14,170 bases of DNA from Salinivirgaceae bacterium. Its GTDB lineage: Bacteria; Bacteroidota; Bacteroidia; Bacteroidales; SZUA-534. The stretch covers positions 1 through 14,170 of the forward strand of contig JAKSOL010000034.1 in the NCBI GenBank assembly GCA_024405635.1. The letters are read 5' to 3'. Positions 1-6,341 of this stretch are shown here, piece after piece; positions within the stretch are counted from its first letter, which is position 1; each line of letters opens with the position of its first letter. The notes below the pieces were generated by a model, which did no database searches, was not told where the DNA came from, and saw nothing but the letters and a program-made list of their open reading frames with translations. The translations under genes and the position numbers were made by a program.

Positions 1-113
1 GCAGCGGCGTAATAACCATTGAAGGCAACGACCTAAAAGCTGGCATGTACCTTTACTCGCTTTTGGTTAACGACCAACTAATTGACACCAAACGCATGGT
101 GCTAACTTTCTAA
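1..113 (+). CDS. 3' end of a protein with a T9SS type A C-terminal sorting domain (partial, runs off the left edge)
   Basis: Not in the ORF track. Frame 3 reads SGVITIEGNDLKAGMYLYSLLVNDQLIDTKRMVLTF then TAA (111-113). The L-x-x-G-x-Y motif and terminal TKRMVL match the T9SS type A CTD pattern. Confidence 0.8.
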   Translation, partial: SGVITIEGNDLKAGMYLYSLLVNDQLIDTKRMVLTF

Positions 114-126
114 TATTGTGAGAAGT

Positions 127-2247
127 ATGAGAAAGATTTTGACAATTATGTGCTTGCTTGGTGTCTTTTTGCACCAACAAAGTGCATTTGCAGAGTATGA
201 TATTTCGTTTTATCAAAACGATAACCGTTGTACGTACTATGCTCATTTTGAATTACCAAACTTCACAATTGCTGATACTAGCCTTTATGCTTTGGATAGT
301 AATGGAGAAGCTACTAATGCAATATTGTATTCAACCATTTGTGGACTCGATAGCATGACGTGGCTTTGTTTAAAAAGTGGAACTCCATCGCTGCCATGTT
401 ACACTATAACTCTGCCAATAACAAAAGACGCAAGCAATTTTGAATTGACAAGAATACTTGAACGAGGCGATAGCATTAAATCGTTGGTTCTGTCACGGCA
501 ATTGTATCCCGAAGGTTATCCCGATGTTCAACCCAACAATGATTATTACAATTGTGACGAAAATATTGTAATACAACCATTTGTGGTTGATACATTTACA
601 ACATACGGATTAGACGGCGTAACAATAGCAATTTGTCCATTTGCGTATATCCCCAAAAGCAATAAGTTGTACTATCAGCCAGTTATTGATTTTCAATTCT
701 CATTTGCTACTTCAACAGAACAATTTGGAACAAACGAAGAAGTTGATGCCGAAGCGTATGAACATATCAAATCGCTATTTGATTGTTTCCCAAGTAGAGG
801 AGCAAAAGGACAACCCGAAGAGATGGATGCCTTAATAAATCTATTTTCATTTATTGCGCATTTAGCTACAAATACATACACTTTGGCTGGTCATCATTGT
901 CCTTATGTGTCTTGTGTTGAAGAATATAGATATAGTACAAATGCAGAACATACAGAAAACCGTGACACAAAGATTTTGGTAGTTAGCCACAAGAAGTATG
1001 TACAAAAAATGAAGGACTACACAATGTATAAACGATATCAAGGTTATACTGTAGGTCTTGTTAAAGTGGATAGTATTAAAAAGGAAAATCTATACTCTTA
1101 TTTAAGAGCATTGTACTCGAAAGGCATCGCTCCAAAATATGTATTATTGGTAGGTAATGAAAATGAAGTTGAATGTTTTGGCGACAAATCAGGTGATGAC
1201 CCGCATGACCCACCAACCGATTTTCCCTTTTGTTATTCAGGCGACTATTCTGGACATACCGATTACCATATAGGTAGGTTCTTTCCAAGTGATTCAGTTG
1301 ATAACATCATTTATCAAACAATGTGTTCAGAGCAGAACTATACAAACCTTGATAGGTGCGTACTAAAAGTAACAGGTGTTGGAAATGCTATGTGGTTTGG
1401 ACATTTTCTTCTGAAAAATGTAGAATTTCATGGTGTAGAAGAACACCATTGTGATAGACAGAGTGAATCTGTATTTAAAGAATACATAGGCAAAGAACCT
1501 TATTGGCTTCTATTATACAATGGGCATGGTAATGATGATGGTAATTGCCCTGCAAAAGGATTAGATGCAGAATATGAAGATTGGCACAATGAACAAGTAG
1601 AACCAACTAATACACTATTTCCAATAATGTTTTTTCAAGCTTGTAAGAATGGGAGTTACAAAAGTGAAGGATTTGGAGTAAATTCGCAGAATAATATATG
1701 TTCTGCATTTATTGGAGCATCAACAAACACAGGTGCTCGATGGGGACAAATGATAATAAACAAAGCTTTTGATAACGGAGATAAAACATCGTGGAAAAAA
1801 AAAGAGAGACTTGGTGATTTCCTCGACCATGCTAAGATGTATGCTTTTGAGAGCAAAAAGAAAAATAAAAACAAAAATTCAAAAATATTAGTATGGGTAA
1901 CAGGTAAAATGGAAGATTGGGGCTGGATAGATGCAGGATTGGATGATGATAATTTATCAAATAACAAAGATGGAGTAAAACGATTCAACCTATTTGGCGA
2001 CCCATCATTATTATACCGCGGAATGTCGTTTGAAAATCTTACATTTGAAACGGAGAATTGGTATAGCATTCTATATTATAGAGCCAAAACCATTAGTACT
2101 GGCGATAACACAAAAGTAACTTGCAAACCAAAATCTGATGTCAAATTAGTTGCTAGCGAAAAAATATCATTAAAACCTGGCTTTAAAGTTGAAAAAGGAG
2201 CGACATTTAAAGCAGAAATTGTAAAACAATATGATTATGAAAAATAA
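127..2247 (+). CDS. Secreted gingipain-like cysteine peptidase (family C25, clan CD) with N-terminal prodomain and a small C-terminal beta domain
   Basis: Signal peptide MRKILTIMCLLGVFLHQQSAFA (ATG 127 preferred to GTG 118). Propeptide-like ICPFAYIPKSNKL. C25 motifs KYVLLVG, TDFPF, HIGRF, YNGHG (His codon 1525-1527), FQACKNG (Cys codon 1642-1644) and NLFGDPSL. Ends with ISLKPGFKVEKGATFKAEI. Confidence 0.85.
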   Translation: MRKILTIMCLLGVFLHQQSAFAEYDISFYQNDNRCTYYAHFELPNFTIADTSLYALDSNGEATNAILYSTICGLDSMTWLCLKSGTPSLPCYTITLPITKDASNFELTRILERGDSIKSLVLSRQLYPEGYPDVQPNNDYYNCDENIVIQPFVVDTFTTYGLDGVTIAICPFAYIPKSNKLYYQPVIDFQFSFATSTEQFGTNEEVDAEAYEHIKSLFDCFPSRGAKGQPEEMDALINLFSFIAHLATNTYTLAGHHCPYVSCVEEYRYSTNAEHTENRDTKILVVSHKKYVQKMKDYTMYKRYQGYTVGLVKVDSIKKENLYSYLRALYSKGIAPKYVLLVGNENEVECFGDKSGDDPHDPPTDFPFCYSGDYSGHTDYHIGRFFPSDSVDNIIYQTMCSEQNYTNLDRCVLKVTGVGNAMWFGHFLLKNVEFHGVEEHHCDRQSESVFKEYIGKEPYWLLLYNGHGNDDGNCPAKGLDAEYEDWHNEQVEPTNTLFPIMFFQACKNGSYKSEGFGVNSQNNICSAFIGASTNTGARWGQMIINKAFDNGDKTSWKKKERLGDFLDHAKMYAFESKKKNKNKNSKILVWVTGKMEDWGWIDAGLDDDNLSNNKDGVKRFNLFGDPSLLYRGMSFENLTFETENWYSILYYRAKTISTGDNTKVTCKPKSDVKLVASEKISLKPGFKVEKGATFKAEIVKQYDYEK
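1975..2004 (+). repeat. Repeat A copy 1 (encodes VKRFNLFGDP)
   Basis: gtaaaacgattcaacctatttggcgaccca matches 2834-2863 at 27/30 nt. All three differences are synonymous. Confidence 0.95.
2164..2214 (+). repeat. Repeat B copy 1 (encodes ISLKPGFKVEKGATFKA)
   Basis: Matches 3032-3082 at 44/51 nt and 16/17 aa. Confidence 0.95.
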
Positions 2248-2752
2248 AACTCTTATATCACTTTTTTTATTGTGTTCAATTCTTCTTTGTGGGTGTTGGC
2301 ATTCTCACGATGATTACGATTTCGAAGAAGAAATGCGTTTTTTTCCATATGTGGATAATTCTAAACTAAAAATGACCAACGAGAAAGACTCTACTATAAT
2401 TATTGTTGAATGCGCAGATGCAAGTATTGGTTGCGACAAACGTACTTCAATATTTTTCACTTCTCGAACATCCAAACCTTTGTTAAAAAACGGAGTAGAT
2501 AAAGAAGTTGGCAGATTGAGGTTAAAATTGCGTTTTACAAAAAAAGAATTGCAGTCTATTTCTCTTGAATATTTAGATTTTAAATTTAGGTATCGAAAAA
2601 ATGAAAATGAAGAAATTTTATCTAAAATAGATTTAAAGAGAGATACTGTAGTATTTCCTTTTAGTGGGTGTATGGATTTAGTCTTTGCTAAAGACAAAGG
2701 TTTACAAGAAATAAGAACATTTGATGGTAATATTTGGACTCTAATAGAATAA
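2237..2752 (+). CDS. Hypothetical lipoprotein 1, overlapping the peptidase stop (candidate cognate inhibitor or partner)
   Basis: MKNKTLISLFLLCSILLCGC is an SPII-type signal ending in Cys. The start (ATG 2237, alternatively 2231) overlaps the last codons of the C25 gene. Paralogous to 3130-3639. Confidence 0.8.
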   Translation: MKNKTLISLFLLCSILLCGCWHSHDDYDFEEEMRFFPYVDNSKLKMTNEKDSTIIIVECADASIGCDKRTSIFFTSRTSKPLLKNGVDKEVGRLRLKLRFTKKELQSISLEYLDFKFRYRKNENEEILSKIDLKRDTVVFPFSGCMDLVFAKDKGLQEIRTFDGNIWTLIE

Positions 2753-2784
2753 TAACCCCCACACAACTTTACTTATACCCACTC

Positions 2785-2823
2785 AACCCCAGCAACCGAG
2801 CTAAATTCAGTTGTTGGGGTTTT
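2785..2823 (+). terminator. Intrinsic terminator-like hairpin 1 (repeat of hairpin 2)
   Basis: aaccccagcaaccga-gctaaat-tcagttgttggggtt followed by a T-rich stretch, about 30 nt after the lipoprotein 1 stop. Confidence 0.7.
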
Positions 2824-2833
2824 GTATTTGGAG

Positions 2834-2863
2834 GTAAAACGTTTCAATTTATTTGGCGACCCA
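2834..2863 (+). repeat. Repeat A copy 2
   Basis: gtaaaacgtttcaatttatttggcgaccca, 27/30 nt to 1975-2004. Confidence 0.95.
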
Positions 2864-3031
2864 AGTATGGTTACCAAAGGTTATAATATAAAAACGCTTA
2901 AATTTGCTACAAGCGAAAACATTAATGTTGGTAACATTTATTATAAGGTGATTAATACAATAGACACCAACAATGAAAAAATTGTAGTTGATAGCAAAAA
3001 CTCAAAACTGACATTTATTGCTGGCAATAGC

Positions 3032-3082
3032 ATATCATTAAAGCCTGGCTTTAAGGTTGAAAGTGGTGCAACGTTTAAAGCA
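3032..3082 (+). repeat. Repeat B copy 2
   Basis: atatcattaaagcctggctttaaggttgaaagtggtgcaacgtttaaagca, 44/51 nt to 2164-2214. Confidence 0.95.
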
Positions 3083-3129
3083 ACCATTGATCCTTCAATA
3101 ACTAACGTTGAAATTGAATATTAAGGAAT

Positions 3130-3639
3130 ATGAAGAAAAAAATCTTAATACTATTTGCCCTTTTAGGAATAATAATGTGTTCTTGTCTCAAAGAATATCC
3201 ACCATCTGAAATACCAGAAAAATACTCGCAATTCTTCCCTTATTATTATGGACAAAAAGTTTTGTTCAAGAGATCTACGGATACTGTTGTAGTGGAATTT
3301 TTTCTTTTCAACCAAATTAAGAAAGAATGTCATGGGGACGGATGGTATGTAAATATTAATGGAGATGTACAATGGATAAACAATGTAAATAAAGAAAAAA
3401 AACAATATTATAGGGCATACTTAAATTTTAAATACTGGGACAACAAAGACGTTGGGTATTTTGATATTGATTATAGTGGTGGTGACAATGTAAAATTACA
3501 AGACACCATTATTTTACTACGAGGCAATAATAAAAATAATGGATATGCTATTTTTGTCAAAAATAAAGGTTTAGTTGAAATAAAATATCCTGCAGATCAT
3601 TATTATTGTCCAAATGAAATTATGACACTAATAGAATAA
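3130..3639 (+). CDS. Hypothetical lipoprotein 2, paralog of lipoprotein 1
   Basis: MKKKILILFALLGIIMCSC is an SPII-type signal. Shares FFPY, F-x-K-x-KGL-x-EI and terminal TLIE* with lipoprotein 1. The last 12 nt (ctaatagaataa) are identical. Starts 5 nt after the orphan stop. Confidence 0.82.
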   Translation: MKKKILILFALLGIIMCSCLKEYPPSEIPEKYSQFFPYYYGQKVLFKRSTDTVVVEFFLFNQIKKECHGDGWYVNINGDVQWINNVNKEKKQYYRAYLNFKYWDNKDVGYFDIDYSGGDNVKLQDTIILLRGNNKNNGYAIFVKNKGLVEIKYPADHYYCPNEIMTLIE

Positions 3640-3664
3640 CCATCCCAATTTTGCATTAAAACTT

Positions 3665-3706
3665 AAACCGCCAGCAACCGTACCCATTCAGTTGTTGGCG
3701 GTTTTT
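3665..3706. terminator. Intrinsic terminator hairpin 2, possibly bidirectional, between convergent genes
   Basis: aaaccgccagcaac...gttgttggcggttttt lies between the lipoprotein 2 stop (3639) and the dGTPase stop (3726). Confidence 0.8.
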
Positions 3707-3725
3707 GTTTGAGGAAAGCCGTTTT

Positions 3726-5072
3726 TTAAATAACAAGTGAGTTGTGGTCGCCTTTAATAAAGCGGTAAAGGTCCATTGCGTAAAGGTCGGTCATGCCCGA
3801 AATAAAGTCGATTATTGAGCGAGCTTGGTCATATACCGAACCATCGTTCTTTTTGTACTGGTCGGGAACAAGTTGAAGTAGTTTTTCGGAGTAGCCCGAT
3901 TCTGGATTGAGCGAGGCGCCTAAAAATTCCTCCACAAGCGTTTTAAGCACGTTGTAGCCAGTTATTTCAACCTCAACCACCGAACGGTTGTTGTATATTT
4001 TTTTCTTCGATAAAAGCCCGCTATCTTCAACCGATTGGTTAACTAACTCTGGCAAGTGTTTGGTAAGCGCACCACTAAACGAACCATTCATAATGGCGTT
4101 GTAGTTGTTAAGAAAAACTTCTGATGAGCGAATGGTAAGATGATTTATGGCCGATGCTCGTAAAAAGGCAATTTGTTCGTTCTCGTCGGTTACAACGTTT
4201 GAAATTTGCTGCAGTTTAGTGAGCAGTTTGCGGCGGTTGTCGCCATCAAAAAAACTAATCAATATGTCGGTAGTTTCTTGTTTCGACAAGATGCCAAGTT
4301 TGTGAGCATCTTCAATGTCCATAATTAGATAAGCAATGTCGTCGGCTGCTTCAACTAAATAAGCAAGTGGGTTGCGAGCATACACATCGTTTGCGGCATC
4401 AATGGCTGTTAGTCCAGTTTGTTGAACTACTGATAAAAAATGTTCGCGCTCCGATTGAAAGAAACCATACTTGTTTTTTTTGGTTCGTTGAGTTGAGGGA
4501 AATGGATATTTTATCATGGCCGAAAGGCAAGCGTAGGTCATTGAAAAACCGCCTGTTCGGCGACCATTAAATTGGTGAGTAAGCAAACGTAAAAGGTTTG
4601 CATTGCCCTCAAAGTTAGTCAAATCAAGCCATTGAGCCTCAGTCATTTGGTTGCGTAGTTCAATGCCTTTGCCGTTTTCAAAGTAGTTCGATATGGCGTT
4701 TTCGCCCGAGTGTCCAAACGGAGGATTGCCAAGGTCGTGAGTTAAGCAAGCTACCGATACAATGGTGCCAAGTTCGTCAATAAGTGGGCGTATTTTTTCG
4801 GGCTCGTTGCTTTTAATGTCGCGCGCCACAATATTGCCAAGCGAACGGCCAATGCTTGCTACCTCAAGACTGTGGGTGAGGCGGTTGTGTACAAACACAC
4901 TTCCAGGCAACGGAAAAACTTGTGTTTTGTTTTGCAGCCTGCGAAAAGGCGAACTAAAAATAATGCGGTCGTAATCGCGTTGAAATTCGGAACGGATTAT
5001 TTCAAGGTCTAGTTCCTTTTCGGGTTTGTCTTTGCCAAAGCGGCGCGACGATAATAGTTGTTCCCACTCCAT
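3726..5072 (-). CDS. dgt: Deoxyguanosinetriphosphate triphosphohydrolase (dGTPase, HD superfamily)
   Basis: Motifs FQRDYDRIIFSSPFRRLQNKTQVF, HNRLTHSLEV, HDLGNPPFGHSGE, FEGNAN, EAADDIAY and DFISGMTDLYA. Confidence 0.95.
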   Translation of the reverse strand: MEWEQLLSSRRFGKDKPEKELDLEIIRSEFQRDYDRIIFSSPFRRLQNKTQVFPLPGSVFVHNRLTHSLEVASIGRSLGNIVARDIKSNEPEKIRPLIDELGTIVSVACLTHDLGNPPFGHSGENAISNYFENGKGIELRNQMTEAQWLDLTNFEGNANLLRLLTHQFNGRRTGGFSMTYACLSAMIKYPFPSTQRTKKNKYGFFQSEREHFLSVVQQTGLTAIDAANDVYARNPLAYLVEAADDIAYLIMDIEDAHKLGILSKQETTDILISFFDGDNRRKLLTKLQQISNVVTDENEQIAFLRASAINHLTIRSSEVFLNNYNAIMNGSFSGALTKHLPELVNQSVEDSGLLSKKKIYNNRSVVEVEITGYNVLKTLVEEFLGASLNPESGYSEKLLQLVPDQYKKNDGSVYDQARSIIDFISGMTDLYAMDLYRFIKGDHNSLVI

Positions 5073-5683
5073 TAGTCTAATTCATTTTGTAAGGTTTTTC
5101 GCTGAAAAAGCAACAGATAAAACATTCCGCAGGTTATGGCAGAGTCGGCAAAGTTGAATATTGGGCGGAAAAATATAAACTCTTCGGTAGGGCGAAATGG
5201 CGACCAAGCTGGCCAATGAGCCTGAATGATTGGAAAGTAGAACATATCGACAACTCGGCCTTGCAAGAAACTAGAATAGCCTGTTCCCCAAGGCACAAAT
5301 TGAGCAATGTTGTAAAGGCTTGAGTCGAAAATCATGCCATACAAAGCGCAGTCGATAAGGTTGCCTGCAGCGCCAGCAAGAACAACCGATACTGCTACAA
5401 TATAACCTGTTGGCATATTACGTTTAACTAGTCGGTAAAGGTAGTAGCTAAGGGCGGCAATGGCCACAATGCGAAACGAGCTGAGCAAATATTTGCCCAC
5501 AACGCCAAAAAACTGAATACCGAAGGCCATGCCGTTGTTTTCGGTAAAATGAATAATGAACCAATTGCCAAGCACGTGTATTTCTTGGCCAAGCATCATG
5601 TGGGTTTTAATCCAAATTTTAATAATCTGGTCGATGGCCAGAATTAAAACAACAATCAGAATAGGCAGTTTACCTTTGTTCAT
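5072..5683 (-). CDS. lspA: Lipoprotein signal peptidase (signal peptidase II)
   Basis: DQIIK, NNGMAFG, GAAGNLID, GRVVDM and FNFAD motifs, with several hydrophobic segments. The stop overlaps the dgt start by 1 nt (TAATG). Confidence 0.95.
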   Translation of the reverse strand: MNKGKLPILIVVLILAIDQIIKIWIKTHMMLGQEIHVLGNWFIIHFTENNGMAFGIQFFGVVGKYLLSSFRIVAIAALSYYLYRLVKRNMPTGYIVAVSVVLAGAAGNLIDCALYGMIFDSSLYNIAQFVPWGTGYSSFLQGRVVDMFYFPIIQAHWPAWSPFRPTEEFIFFRPIFNFADSAITCGMFYLLLFQRKTLQNELD

Positions 5684-5696
5684 ATTGTAATTGTAA

Positions 5697-5739
5697 AACA
5701 GCCGTAAAACACCACAGTTTAGGGCATTTTACGGCTGTT
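5697..5739 (-). terminator. Stem-loop between the DksA-family gene and lspA (weak terminator or mRNA stabiliser)
   Basis: Perfect 13-bp inverted repeat aacagccgtaaaa / ttttacggctgtt with a 17-nt loop and only a short U run. Confidence 0.55.
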
Positions 5740-5758
5740 GATTTTTGTTAGTAGTAAA

Positions 5759-6148
5759 TTACTTTTTTTGGTTCAGTTTAGCCTCAACGCTCAAAGTAGC
5801 GTGTGGAACAGCACGAAGTCGTTCTTTTGGAATCAATTTGCCAGTTTCGCGGCAAATGCCGTAGGTTTTATTTTCGATGCGAATTAAAGCGGCTTGCAAG
5901 TTTTGAATAAACTTTTCTTGGCGTTGGGCCAATTTGCCGGTTTCTTCGCGCGACAAAACATTTGCACCTTCTTCCAACACTTTAAAGGTTGGCGACGTGT
6001 CGAGTGTGTCGTTGCCGTCTTGGTGAGCAAGTGTGTTTTTAAGAGTGATGTACTCTTTTTTTGCTTGTTCAATTTTGGCCAGAATTAATTGTTTAAATTC
6101 TTCCAATTCCTCATCAGAGTATCTGGTTTTTGTTTGTTCTTCATTCAT
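5759..6148 (-). CDS. TraR/DksA family transcriptional regulator (Bacteroidota type)
   Basis: Coiled coil followed by ALIRIENKTYGICRETGKLIPKERLRAVPHATLS. It lies directly upstream of lspA, as is usual in Bacteroidota. Confidence 0.92.
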   Translation of the reverse strand: MNEEQTKTRYSDEELEEFKQLILAKIEQAKKEYITLKNTLAHQDGNDTLDTSPTFKVLEEGANVLSREETGKLAQRQEKFIQNLQAALIRIENKTYGICRETGKLIPKERLRAVPHATLSVEAKLNQKK

Positions 6149-6252
6149 GGTTTCAGATGTTTTTTGTGGTGCGTAAAAATATGTTTTTTGATTTTTTACG
6201 AACTAAAGGCTGAGTTATAATATACAATACTTATGAACACTTGGCGAATTTG

Positions 6253-6283
6253 AAAAGCTAAGTTGAGCAAGGCTTGTTACAAA
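6253..6283 (-). promoter_or_regulatory. Candidate Bacteroidota sigma-A promoter for the dksA-like/lspA/dgt operon
   Basis: The minus strand reads TTTG-N19-TAGCTTTT, against a consensus of TTTG-N19-21-TAnnTTTG (one mismatch). Confidence 0.35.
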
Positions 6284-6316
6284 AAAACCGCCTTACAAAG
6301 GCTGCAAGGCGGTTTT
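6281..6316 (-). terminator. Intrinsic terminator after the M16 peptidase
   Basis: aaaaccgcctt...aaggcggtttt stem with A7 on the + strand (U7 on the - strand), about 25 nt after the stop. Confidence 0.85.
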
Positions 6317-6341
6317 AATTATTTTAAGTAAGCAACAAGTG

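Larger units (their letters stand above)
2834..3124 (+). pseudogene. Orphan alternative C-terminal fragment of the C25 peptidase (5'-truncated cassette, frame intact)
   Basis: Starts with VKRFNLFGDPS and contains ISLKPGFKVESGATFKA, both homologous to the peptidase C-terminus. No signal peptide or catalytic residues. The track's TTG start (2822) lies in the hairpin T tract. An in-frame ATG at 2867 is the only ATG. Confidence 0.8.

Noticed and set aside
1795-1803. A9 tract in the C25 gene (and A8 at 3395-3402) as phase-variation sites
   Set aside because: These are short Lys-codon runs in AT-rich genes, and both frames are intact.
1975-3082. Diversity-generating retroelement TR/VR pair
   Set aside because: Six of the seven mismatches in repeat B are A in copy 1, but they are mostly synonymous third positions. 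Repeat A does not follow the pattern, the middle region has indels, and no reverse transcriptase is in the window.
2785-3706. Integron attC sites or CRISPR repeats
   Set aside because: The hairpins do not fit RYYYAAC/GTTRRRY, there are only two copies about 880 bp apart, and there is no integrase or cas gene. They look like terminators.
3726-5072. dGTPase as an anti-phage defence gene
   Set aside because: It is translationally coupled to lspA in a housekeeping operon with host-like composition and no defence neighbours.
5759-5870. Degenerate zinc finger (one Cys) in the DksA-family protein
   Set aside because: To my knowledge this pattern is normal for Bacteroidota homologues and is not a sign of decay.
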